From a virus: 41,418 nucleotides of DNA. Under the pieces are notes generated by a model. It was not told the DNA's origin and ran no database searches. It saw nothing but the letters and a program-made list of their open reading frames with translations. Positions 15,275 through 23,575 of the stretch are shown here, one piece after another. The stretch lies in the UHGV virus genome UHGV-0210088; one strand, written 5' to 3'. Each line of letters begins with the position of its first letter. Within the stretch, counting starts at the first letter, position 1. The position numbers and the translations under genes are program-made.

Positions 15275-15580
15275 CGGATTGTGTGTACATAAACGAGTAC
15301 AATGGAAGTGACTTATTTTGATACTTATCTTTTTAAAACAATACATTAAATTGTTTTATAACTATATCCATTTAACTAAGGGGACATAGAACTTACTGAT
15401 TTTTAAGCGTTCAGCTTGTGTTGCATGTTATCCTATCATTCCCCGTACCATCAAGCATTTCATTCCTTTTATTTCCTTTCCGTTCGCATCGATTCGCTTA
15501 GAAAATCACTTCGTTCACTTGCCATTGCGTACACATTGAGTACAGAATGCAGAATTTCAGTGTGTACAGGATACAGAGCC
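15275..15580. promoter_or_regulatory. Candidate attP region and int promoter: two clusters of GTACA-type arm repeats around a ~220-bp AT-rich segment
   Basis: TGTGTACATAAACGAGTACAATGG (15282-15305) and GCGTACACATTGAGTACAGAATGCAGAATTTCAGTGTGTACAGGATACAG (15528-15577). Palindrome AAAACAATacattaaATTGTTTT at about 15337-15359. Sits between the tail/b-region and int, as attP does in lambdoid phages. Confidence 0.3.
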
Positions 15581-16750
15581 GTGGCCCTTAGTGATACCAA
15601 ACTCCGTAGCATCAATGCTAAGCCATACAGCGGCGCAGCTGAGGTCACAGATGGTGACGGGCTGAGTGTACGCATAACTCCCACAGGCACGATCACATTC
15701 CAGTTTCGTTATCGCTGGAACGGTAAGCCCGTTCGCCTCTCCATTGGCCGCTATCCTGCTATGTCTCTCAAGGAGGCGCGCGTTGTCGTCGGTGAGATGC
15801 GCGAATTGTACCTCAAGGGGCTAAACCCGAAAAATTATTTTGCCAAAGAAGATGGCGAGCTGACTCTCAAAGAGTGCCTGGATCAGTGGTGGGGCAAGTA
15901 TGTTGAAACGCTGAAGCCGAACACTCAGACGCTGTACAAGTCAGTTGTGTACAACACGATGTACACAGAATTCCCGGACGCTCCGGTAGTCAACATTCCT
16001 GTTTCTGCATGGGTGCGTTTCTTTGATAAGCAGGAAAAGAAGAACAGCAAAAAGGCCAGGGTGCTTCTTCTACAACTACGTTCTGTAATGAACTGGTGTA
16101 TCAGCCGCCAGTTGATCCCATCGTGCGAGGTCCTGAAGCTTAGCGTTAAGACCATTGGAAAAAAACCTGATGTGGGTAGCCGTGTTCTCACGTATACCGA
16201 GTTGGCTAAAATCTGGCTGGCGCTGGAGAACAACAAGATCGTTACCTCTAACAAGGTGCTTCATCAGCTGCTTTTGCTTTGGGGAGCCAGGCTATCAGAG
16301 CTGCGCCTTGCTACTGCCAGTGAGTTCAATATGGATGATCTTATCTGGACGACTCCAGCAGAACATTCAAAGATGGGTAACGTTATCCGTCGCCCGGTGT
16401 TTGACCAGGTGAAACCTTTTGTTGAAAGGCTCCTCAATGCTGGAAATGATGTTCTGTTTCCCGGCCAGGAACTGGACAAGCCTATAGATCGCTCGTCAGC
16501 AAATCTCTATATGAAAAAATTAAGGGATAAAATTGATATACCAGAGTGGCGAACACATGACTTCAGGCGCTCGCTGGTGACGAATTTATCAGGGGAAGGG
16601 GTTATGCCACACGTAACCGAAAAGATGCTAGGGCATGAATTGGGAGGAGTGATGGCTGTGTATAACAAACATGATTGGCTGGTGGAACAGAAAGAAGCAT
16701 ATGAACTTTATGCAGATAAAATTTTTTGGCATGTAAAAAAACATAATTAA
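15581..16750 (+). CDS. int: Tyrosine integrase, P4-type (DUF4102 arm-binding N-terminus plus catalytic domain)
   Basis: GTG start giving VALSDTKLRSINAKP..., the typical P4-family N-terminus. C-terminal RHDFRRS/HELGG... region with Tyr. The table ORF 15416.. is an upstream in-frame extension without a plausible start. Confidence 0.85.
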   Translation: MALSDTKLRSINAKPYSGAAEVTDGDGLSVRITPTGTITFQFRYRWNGKPVRLSIGRYPAMSLKEARVVVGEMRELYLKGLNPKNYFAKEDGELTLKECLDQWWGKYVETLKPNTQTLYKSVVYNTMYTEFPDAPVVNIPVSAWVRFFDKQEKKNSKKARVLLLQLRSVMNWCISRQLIPSCEVLKLSVKTIGKKPDVGSRVLTYTELAKIWLALENNKIVTSNKVLHQLLLLWGARLSELRLATASEFNMDDLIWTTPAEHSKMGNVIRRPVFDQVKPFVERLLNAGNDVLFPGQELDKPIDRSSANLYMKKLRDKIDIPEWRTHDFRRSLVTNLSGEGVMPHVTEKMLGHELGGVMAVYNKHDWLVEQKEAYELYADKIFWHVKKHN

Positions 16751-16782
16751 TCTAATACCAATTTCATTTCAAAGGTATCTAT

Positions 16783-17721
16783 ATGCAAACGCCTAAAAAA
16801 TTATTTAAATATAAAAAATTTAACGATGATTGTATGGAGTTGATAATTGATGATTATTTGTATTTTGCTAACCCAGCCCAATTTAATGACCCATTAGATT
16901 GCAAGGTTACAATATCGGATGATGTGAACAATGAGGCGTTTTTAAGGGATACACTTTCAACATTACTTCAGCGTAACTCTGAAAAGAAATTAAAGGCTTC
17001 CGCAAAAAATCTACGTTATAAAGGCCCGAAAACCGCTGAGAAAATTTCTCTTTTAAGTCAAAGCGAAGCCGAGAAAATCATTTCAAATATCTATGCTGAA
17101 TTTTCGTTTGGACAATACGATTTACATATCCAAACAATCAATCAAGCTTTAACAAGTGCAATAGGGAATGTTATATTGTCTGGGTATAACAGAGGAGTGC
17201 TTTCGTTATCAAAAAAGGATACTTGTCCTTTGATGTGGGCGCATTATGCTGATAATCATAAAGGGCTTTGTTTAGGTTATTCCATACCTGAAAATACTGT
17301 TAATAAAATCCGTCCAGTTAGCTATACAAGTGAATTTAGAGAAATTAAAATTAGCCAGATACATAGAATGTTAAACGGAGATGAAAATGCAAAAGCAGAG
17401 ATTGAGCATAATATATTCTTAAGGAAGGCTAAACCTTGGGAATATGAGGATGAGTGGCGAATGGTATCAGATGTTGGTTTGCAAAATCCATCAATATATT
17501 TATCTGAAATTACATTTGGGTTACGTTGTAAATATACAACCATTTTCAGCGTAATGATGTCCCTCTCTGAAAGAGAGACCCCAGTTGATTTTTACAAAAT
17601 CGTTGAGGTCCCGCATAAGTTCACGCTTGAAAAAGAAATAGTTACGTTTGAACATGAAAGATTACAAGGCTTGCCGAGATGCATAGAAAGCCTCGATCAC
17701 GAGTTGAATGATGATGAATAA
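16783..17721 (+). CDS. DUF2971-family protein: AT-rich cargo gene between int and xis
   Basis: 312 aa. The N-terminus KKLFKYKKF...LYFANPAQFNDPLDC matches the DUF2971 signature (LYKYxxf...lyFsxPxxFNDPfE). GC is about 30-33% against ~50% in flanks. Same strand as int and 33 nt downstream of it. Confidence 0.65.
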   Translation: MQTPKKLFKYKKFNDDCMELIIDDYLYFANPAQFNDPLDCKVTISDDVNNEAFLRDTLSTLLQRNSEKKLKASAKNLRYKGPKTAEKISLLSQSEAEKIISNIYAEFSFGQYDLHIQTINQALTSAIGNVILSGYNRGVLSLSKKDTCPLMWAHYADNHKGLCLGYSIPENTVNKIRPVSYTSEFREIKISQIHRMLNGDENAKAEIEHNIFLRKAKPWEYEDEWRMVSDVGLQNPSIYLSEITFGLRCKYTTIFSVMMSLSERETPVDFYKIVEVPHKFTLEKEIVTFEHERLQGLPRCIESLDHELNDDE

Positions 17722-17736
17722 CTAAATTACTAATTA

Positions 17737-17922
17737 TCATATATTTCGATTAATCCCTCCCTCCTCGAGCCAGCGCGTTACTGCCTTACGGCTATAACGT
17801 GTAGGATATGTGAGGACGGGGGGAGGGAACCCATGATCTTTACGTAACCGCCATACAGCTGTTTTTTTCTTCCCCAGTAATTCGAATACTTCTTTCTCTT
17901 CCATAAAATCTGTAGAAGTCAT
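17737..17922 (-). CDS. xis: AlpA/Xis-type excisionase / small HTH regulator
   Basis: Start at the internal Met (MTSTDFMEEKEVFELLGKKKTAVWRLRKDHGFPPPVLTYPTRYSRKAVTRWLEEG), matching the AlpA family pattern (winged helix, R/W motif). Immediately after the upstream gene's stop at 17930. Confidence 0.6.
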   Translation of the reverse strand: MTSTDFMEEKEVFELLGKKKTAVWRLRKDHGFPPPVLTYPTRYSRKAVTRWLEEGGINRNI

Positions 17923-17929
17923 AAGCACC

Positions 17930-18577
17930 TCATTCAAAATTACCGTTAAAAATACATGTCCCGCACCCGCCACGAGCCCCTTCAGTACAAACATCACAGC
18001 GGTCTACTTTTTTACGAGGTTGTTCTTTGATGTGCAGCCTTAGTTCCCCGTCTTTCAGCTCCGGCCATTTGCGCTGCTTGTTTACCGCCAGCTTATCGAT
18101 CATCGCTTGGGTAATCTGCTCATCAGTGACACCAGCCCGGCGCTGGGCGTCCCACAGCAGGAACTGCATATCAGCCCACTCCGACAGGTCGCCAGGCTCG
18201 GCAGCGGCTTCCAGTGCTTCTTTGCTGAGGTGCTTCAGCGGGCCAACCGGACCGACATTGCCGAAAGTTGCCTGCGACCACTCGGCATGCGCGATGCGTA
18301 CCTGGTCACGTTCCGGCGCTGGCTGCGTGTGGCGATAGAGCGTCATGAATTCAGCATTTTCATCAGTGTATTTTTTTAAATGTCTAAATTCTTCAGGGTC
18401 TAACTCAGCCCAATACGTCTTCATTCCGTTCGTCGGATTGACCTGTCGGTAAAGTATCACCGGCTCGATGTCCATTGCGGCCAGCGCCATGCGGGCCAGC
18501 TCTTTGCTTTCACCATGCTTCAGGAATCCATTTTCAGCGATTTCCTGCAGGCGCTCTCTGGTTAATTTGCTAGTCAT
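17930..18577 (-). CDS. MazG-like / DUF550-type nucleotide pyrophosphohydrolase-domain protein
   Basis: 215 aa. The C-terminal half has a MazG-like acidic helix pattern (HLSKEALEAAAEPGDLSEWADMQFLLWDAQRRAGV). Confidence 0.4.
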   Translation of the reverse strand: MTSKLTRERLQEIAENGFLKHGESKELARMALAAMDIEPVILYRQVNPTNGMKTYWAELDPEEFRHLKKYTDENAEFMTLYRHTQPAPERDQVRIAHAEWSQATFGNVGPVGPLKHLSKEALEAAAEPGDLSEWADMQFLLWDAQRRAGVTDEQITQAMIDKLAVNKQRKWPELKDGELRLHIKEQPRKKVDRCDVCTEGARGGCGTCIFNGNFE

Positions 18578-18792
18578 TAGTTGGCTCCTAGCTTATTGAT
18601 GCGCGATGTTATGTTCCGACCGCAGTCGCAGCAGTAGAAAGCTTTCCCGCCGCGAATGCCGCTGGTGTGCTGCCCCTCAAGGAATGAACCATCCCAAGCA
18701 TAAAACTGCTTGAAATCCACAACCTCTTTCGTGTGGAATCCATTCTCACCGCCGCAGTGCGGGCATGAACTCGGGTTTTCTATAGCCATCAC
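18577..18792 (-). CDS. Small zinc-ribbon protein (YgiT/MqsA-type C4 finger)
   Basis: 71 aa. CPHCGG ... (about 36 aa) ... CCDCG. Confidence 0.45.
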   Translation of the reverse strand: MMAIENPSSCPHCGGENGFHTKEVVDFKQFYAWDGSFLEGQHTSGIRGGKAFYCCDCGRNITSRINKLGAN

Positions 18793-19388
18793 TCAGCCTC
18801 CATCTTGATGCCAGCGGCGGCACGTTCAGCCTCGCTTTGTTCCCAAAACCACTTGTGAAGCGCCATAAGTTCTTCATCAAGCTGAGCATATTTGCGGTCG
18901 AAATAGGCCTGTGCGTCTTTCTCCGCTTCATCAGGCAATTCGCCAGGCCCGAAGAGCGTGTTATAAATCCACGCCAGCCCGTTTTTAGCATCGCCAGTGG
19001 CCTGCCATTCGATGATTGCAGCCTGCATAACCAGGATATTTTTCCCGATCAGCAGATCGAGCTGCTGATAGCGCTTACGGATATATTCGTTTTGCGCTTC
19101 AAGTTCTGCGTTGCGCTGCTGCGCCATCTCCAGCGCCTTTACCAGCGCATCAATCTTGTCTTGCTGCGCTTTCCACGCAGTTTCCGGGTCTGCGCATTCC
19201 GCAAAATGCTCTTCGCCTTCACCACAGTGCGGACAATAGCAATCTGAATAATCACCAGAGTCGCCCATAGGTTCGCCACCACTCAATTCACTGCTGGGAT
19301 AAATTTTTCCACAGTCGCACTTAACCAGGTAATACGGATAGTCGACAGTACGGCCACGCAGTTGCGCCAGTTCGGTGATATCAGTCAT
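18789..19388 (-). CDS. Hypothetical Cys-cluster / coiled-coil protein (possibly Ead/Ea22-like)
   Basis: 199 aa. CDCG...CYCPHCGEGEEHF cluster, then a long helical segment (KAQQDKIDALVKALEMAQQRNAELEAQNEY). Confidence 0.4.
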   Translation of the reverse strand: MTDITELAQLRGRTVDYPYYLVKCDCGKIYPSSELSGGEPMGDSGDYSDCYCPHCGEGEEHFAECADPETAWKAQQDKIDALVKALEMAQQRNAELEAQNEYIRKRYQQLDLLIGKNILVMQAAIIEWQATGDAKNGLAWIYNTLFGPGELPDEAEKDAQAYFDRKYAQLDEELMALHKWFWEQSEAERAAAGIKMEAE

Positions 19389-20457
19389 GGCTGGCCTCCT
19401 TACCGCGGCTAACAGACAAGTTTTTATTCACGATGGCATCCATCAAACGTGCTGCAGCCGCCTTTTGAGCAGATACATTCGCAATGACCGTTGGCCTGGC
19501 TTTCTCACAGCTGGCACAAATCCCGTCCCATGATGAAATAAGGAAAAAGTCTTCACGCTCGGCAATGCCGGTATTCATAACCAGATCCTCTATCATCAGC
19601 GTGACCCCGCGAACTCCCCGGCCTTCGCTTAATCTCTGCACTGCGTAGCCGAAGGCGTTGATCATCACAGCATGGAACTGGATATACTCGCGTTTATATT
19701 CGGCCTGATTCGTACCGCGGCGAATATCATCTAAACCTGTCAGCATTAGCCACGCATTCCACAACCCTTCAAGATCATCCTTTGAGCAGGAACCTGAAAA
19801 TTTTGCCGTGGCATCACTAAGGGCTTTGAAGCTGATCCACTTATCACTTTTCGCAGGAACGACGTTATGCTCAAAATCGGTGACTTCAGAAAAGACGTCG
19901 TGTGAACTGATAAAGCTGACCATCTCCTGCGCGTTCTTATCGCGCCCGTTATAGGCCATGTTGATAGCCGCAGATGGCTTCGAAACATTGTTGTTAATGT
20001 CCGAGAAAAACTGCTGCCGCGTCTTCAGTGGCAACTGGAGAGTAAGCATCATCGGAACATGGATAGGTTCATCAATGGTGCGGCAATACTCAGCAATCCC
20101 TGCTGCGCGATGTTGACCATCAAACAATTTAATCTCTGCATCCATCGGGAAACGGGCCACCCCGACATTAGTGTTTCCGAACTCTTCGAATTCAACATAC
20201 GAGTCGCAGTTACCTACAAGCGGCGGAATAATGAATGGTTCCTTATTCTCGTATGCTTCAACGAGATACTGATAAAACTTTTTCGCCCTGGCGGGGTTCA
20301 GTTCTCGCTGAGAGCGATCAAGGGTGTCGCCGTAGTTATCGCTGGCGAGGACTCGCGTTAGTGTCCGCGCAGGTACTGTCAGCATCAGGACAATTGAATC
20401 CCCCTGAGTTCCACGCGACGCCGGAAATTCAAAGAAATGATCGCCTATTTTACTCAT
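19381..20457 (-). CDS. DGQHR-domain protein (DndB-like, ParB/Srx superfamily)
   Basis: Literal DGQHR in KLFDGQHRAAGIAEY. The start is taken at the ATG overlapping the upstream stop (TAATG) with a GGAGG RBS 7 nt upstream; the table's TTG at 20481 is an upstream extension. Confidence 0.7.
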   Translation of the reverse strand: MSKIGDHFFEFPASRGTQGDSIVLMLTVPARTLTRVLASDNYGDTLDRSQRELNPARAKKFYQYLVEAYENKEPFIIPPLVGNCDSYVEFEEFGNTNVGVARFPMDAEIKLFDGQHRAAGIAEYCRTIDEPIHVPMMLTLQLPLKTRQQFFSDINNNVSKPSAAINMAYNGRDKNAQEMVSFISSHDVFSEVTDFEHNVVPAKSDKWISFKALSDATAKFSGSCSKDDLEGLWNAWLMLTGLDDIRRGTNQAEYKREYIQFHAVMINAFGYAVQRLSEGRGVRGVTLMIEDLVMNTGIAEREDFFLISSWDGICASCEKARPTVIANVSAQKAAAARLMDAIVNKNLSVSRGKEASHD

Positions 20458-21242
20458 TATGATTCCTCCCCAAGCACCCAACGAAGTGCGCTTGCATACT
20501 CACCCTCGGCTGATTCCAGGGCTTTTGTGATTTCTTTGCGGGTTTTCAGGCGCGGCTTTGCATCACCGAGGATCTGACGCTGACGCCGGGCTTTTTCATG
20601 GCCGGTTGTGCCAGCAGTTGCCGCTTCTATTTCAGAGACCTTCTCCCGCTGCTCTTCGGGTTTAAGAGATGCCAGCTGACGGGCCTGGGTAACGGTGACA
20701 GTTCCGGACTCTACTGCATCGCGAACAGCCTGGGTGGCATCCAGCAGTGACAGCGTTGCGCGTACGGTCTGGACACTCACGCCAAACATCAGCGCTAAAT
20801 CGTCCTCGTCGTGCCCGCGTTCTAGCGCATCAGCCATTTTCTTTGCTCGGCCCAGTGGCGTATCTGCCTGGCGGATTTCGTTAGCACTTACCATCGCCTG
20901 CGCCATGCGAACGGCGGAGCCACGTTTAGCGACTGCTGGAACCAGTAACGGTTCTTTACCCTCTTTCAACAGTCGCTTATTGGCTTCCAGTGTATGGCGT
21001 ACACGCTGGCGACCATCGACTACACAAGACAGCCCTGTTTCCGGGTCTTTCCAGACGATAATCGGCTCAAGAACGCCCTGGTCCATGATGTTCAGTACCA
21101 TTGCCTCGCTGATAGGCAGGTGGATACGCTCATCGTAAAGCGGGTGCGTTTTGTCGGTAACCAGGTGCAGGTTTTCAGGTTCGAACGTTAAAACGTTCGT
21201 TTTGCCACTGGCGCCGTATACAAGCTTTGAGTCTTTAGCCAT
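20457..21242 (-). CDS. ParB/KorB-like protein (ParB N-terminal nuclease/NTP-binding-type domain plus HTH)
   Basis: 261 aa. VVDGRQRVRHTL is the ParB GxxRxxA-type motif. HTH at MFGVSVQTVRATLSLLDATQAVRDAV. Basic C-terminus. Translationally coupled to the DGQHR gene. Confidence 0.65.
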   Translation of the reverse strand: MAKDSKLVYGASGKTNVLTFEPENLHLVTDKTHPLYDERIHLPISEAMVLNIMDQGVLEPIIVWKDPETGLSCVVDGRQRVRHTLEANKRLLKEGKEPLLVPAVAKRGSAVRMAQAMVSANEIRQADTPLGRAKKMADALERGHDEDDLALMFGVSVQTVRATLSLLDATQAVRDAVESGTVTVTQARQLASLKPEEQREKVSEIEAATAGTTGHEKARRQRQILGDAKPRLKTRKEITKALESAEGEYASALRWVLGEES

Positions 21243-21541
21243 CAGAGAGCCTCCACATTACGGAAGCTGGTGGGGCAAATTGCTTTCAAATCGCGCATAG
21301 CCTCTAGAACATGCATATTTGTGCGATTCTTGGTGTGTCGCTCGGTCAGACGATCACACTCTTTCGCCCATGATTTGACCTCTGCGAGAAGGGCGTCACG
21401 TTCGGTGCGCGTCTGGCGCAGAGCTACATTCGAAACATCGAGGACGGTAGCCAGTTCCCTGATGATTGCTGCCTGTGCTGGTGGCATAGTTGTGGCTATT
21501 TCGTACGCCTGTTTAATCAGTTGTTTTGCTGTCTTAGCCAT
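21242..21541 (-). CDS. Hypothetical protein (early-left operon)
   Basis: Start at MAKTAKQ... with a GGAGA RBS. Its stop abuts the ParB-like start. The table's longer ORF begins without an RBS. Confidence 0.4.
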   Translation of the reverse strand: MAKTAKQLIKQAYEIATTMPPAQAAIIRELATVLDVSNVALRQTRTERDALLAEVKSWAKECDRLTERHTKNRTNMHVLEAMRDLKAICPTSFRNVEAL

Positions 21542-21630
21542 CTTTTGTTCTCCATCTGACGCGCTGCAACGCGTAAATTTAGGGTGCAGCAACCCAACCC
21601 ATGAGAATGGGGTAATTGCTGCTGTTCTAA

Positions 21631-22548
21631 TCAGGCTGCTGGTTTTTGTTCTTCGGGCTCTTTGTAGGCGAGCAGATCACAAAGCTGGTTAATTACTTTA
21701 CAGAACTGGAACATGTCCGTACCTGCCTGGTGACGCCAGCGGTAGGCTTTGTCGTCATCATCAGAATAATCATTATCCTTGGTATCGATCCGCCGGAAAT
21801 GGAACTTATCTGTAAGCAGAAAAGAGACGCCGCAGCCTCTTAATTCCATGTTATCGACGATAAAACCTGTGTTCAGGCTCTCCAGAATTTCACTGGTAAC
21901 GGAAGTGTGTTCCGCAGAGTAGCGAATAACTTCTTTCTGTTCTGCCAGGCGGGATAGCTGGACATAATCACCGACCTCAAACCCGGCAAAGGCTGATTCT
22001 TCGCCATCCAGATGGTTTTTAAGGCGCGTTGTCAGGCCGTTTTTGATATCACTTATGTTTATCGTGACTGTTTTTACAGAGCCAATCACTTTAACCAGCA
22101 TCGCCCCTACTAAATTGGCAGTATTTTTATTGGCGGAATTAATGATCAGCAGATTTTCTTCAGTGTTATACAGAACCAGGATCAGAGACGACTTGATGAA
22201 TGCCTGTTTGCAGAGCTGAACCTTAGCATCCTGGATAATGTTGTTACGGTCAGCGCGCTTCAATTTCTGACCACACGCATTTTCGATGCGCTGGATACGC
22301 TCATTGGCTTCTTTCATTACGACGTGCTGGGGGATTATTTTCTCATCGCGGCGAATCACGATTGCATAACCGCCTGTAATTGGCGTAACCAGCTCGCCAG
22401 TAATCGGATTAGGGACGAAGGAAGCCCGCGCGAACTCCGTTTCTGTAAGTTCAGAGTAGGGCAATTCCTGCAGGTGCCCTTCAACCGCTTCAATGCTGGG
22501 CAAAGTAGCCCGATAGACAATGGCGTTACGTAACTTTGATAATTTCAT
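21631..22548 (-). CDS. rdgC: RdgC-like recombination-associated protein
   Basis: 305 aa, close to RdgC length (~303). N-terminus MKLSKLRNAIVYRATLPS against RdgC MLWFKNLMVYRLSRE. Similar central pattern (IVIRRDEKIIPQHVVMKEANERIQ). Confidence 0.6.
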   Translation of the reverse strand: MKLSKLRNAIVYRATLPSIEAVEGHLQELPYSELTETEFARASFVPNPITGELVTPITGGYAIVIRRDEKIIPQHVVMKEANERIQRIENACGQKLKRADRNNIIQDAKVQLCKQAFIKSSLILVLYNTEENLLIINSANKNTANLVGAMLVKVIGSVKTVTINISDIKNGLTTRLKNHLDGEESAFAGFEVGDYVQLSRLAEQKEVIRYSAEHTSVTSEILESLNTGFIVDNMELRGCGVSFLLTDKFHFRRIDTKDNDYSDDDDKAYRWRHQAGTDMFQFCKVINQLCDLLAYKEPEEQKPAA

Positions 22549-22606
22549 TTCTGTTTCCTCTGCAAAGGATTAGTTAGTTATCTCCACACAACGGAAAGAA
22601 CACTGA

Positions 22607-22645
22607 AGCACTGGAAACTCACTTGACTAACACAGTGCTTTTTCC
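22607..22645 (+). other. Long-loop hairpin followed by T5 in the OL-to-rdgC gap; terminator-like in the + sense, function unclear
   Basis: AGCACTG-N19-CAGTGCT followed by TTTTT. Confidence 0.25.
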
Positions 22646-22756
22646 TGTTGTGTGCTGGGCTTCCACCGGCTCCCATCTGTTTTTAAAGCCACTCAGATAT
22701 CGTCTGGGCTGCGTCGTCTCCGTGCATCACACGTTTTCGCGACCGCTGAAAGAAAT

Positions 22757-22806
22757 CTAAAATAATTTAGTTTTTTGGTCAAGGTGATTAAACTAAATAT
22801 TCTTAG
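22757..22806. promoter_or_regulatory. OL-type operators: two 14-bp CTAAAT-NN-xxTTAG sites
   Basis: CTAAAATAATTTAG (22757-70) and CTAAATATTCTTAG (22793-806), the same motif as the sites between cI and cro. Confidence 0.4.
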
Positions 22807-22836
22807 TTTTCACCATTGATAGAGTAGAGGAAAGGA

Positions 22837-23481
22837 TTAGCGGCGCATCTGGCGGCGGTGTTCGACAACGACACCGATGATGGAAATTTTTTCAACAGCA
22901 GAGTTTAAAGCAGCAAAATCAGGGTTTAACGGGACCAATTCGAAAACCTCTTCACCATTTTCGTTGACACCCCTTGCACGGTATTTTTTAAAAGTGGCGT
23001 ATTCACTACCGTTTTTGGCTACAACATAGTCCCCAGGACCAGGACACAAGTCAGGATCCACAATGATAGTGTCTCCCTCTTTGAACTCTGGCTCCATAGA
23101 TTTTCCACGTACCTTAAGAGCGAAGGTACCAAACGAATGAGCGCCGTTTGTTAAAATGTAATCCACGGCACCCTCTAAATTACGAGCATCACTTTCAGAT
23201 GTCCAAGTTCCTGCTTGAACCCAACTTATGATAGGGATCTGCATAGCGCCTAAGTTGCCAGGCGCTACATTGGAGAGTTCCTCTTTACCGGTGAGGAGAA
23301 AGTCCTCAGAAACACCAAAATACCGAGCTAATTTTGTCAGCGAGACTCCTCCGGGTATGTTTTGGTCTTTCTCCCAGTATCCAATGGTGACATCTGTCAC
23401 TCCAACAACTTTACCCAGTTGCTTCTGGGTAAGCTTACGATCCTTTCTTAATGATTTTAAACGACTTCCAAATGTGCTCAC
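22837..23481 (-). CDS. cI: CI-type prophage repressor (XRE HTH plus S24 LexA-like autopeptidase)
   Basis: GTG start. N-terminal HTH (LTQKQLGKVVGVTDVTIGYWEKDQ). C-terminal S24 with Ser in VRGKSMEP and Lys in ATFKKY. Divergent from a cro-like gene. Confidence 0.85.
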   Translation of the reverse strand: MSTFGSRLKSLRKDRKLTQKQLGKVVGVTDVTIGYWEKDQNIPGGVSLTKLARYFGVSEDFLLTGKEELSNVAPGNLGAMQIPIISWVQAGTWTSESDARNLEGAVDYILTNGAHSFGTFALKVRGKSMEPEFKEGDTIIVDPDLCPGPGDYVVAKNGSEYATFKKYRARGVNENGEEVFELVPLNPDFAALNSAVEKISIIGVVVEHRRQMRR

Positions 23482-23504
23482 TGTGGTTCGCCATGTTATG
23501 AAAA

Positions 23505-23567
23505 CTAAATTATCTTAGCTTTAATTGACCTAAATTTGCTTTGGTCTTAATATCTAAATAAATTTAG
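23505..23567. promoter_or_regulatory. OR-type operators and divergent pRM/pR region
   Basis: CTAAATTATCTTAG (23505-18), half-site CTAAAT inside GACC...GGTC (23527-46), and the palindrome CTAAATAAATTTAG (23554-67), all in the 94-bp cI-cro gap. Confidence 0.45.
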
Positions 23568-23575
23568 GAGGGTGT

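Noticed and set aside
15416-15580. Upstream in-frame extension of the integrase ORF (55 extra codons)
   Set aside because: The family-typical N-terminus begins at the GTG at 15581 (VALSDTKLRSINAKP). The extension covers the arm-repeat/promoter region.
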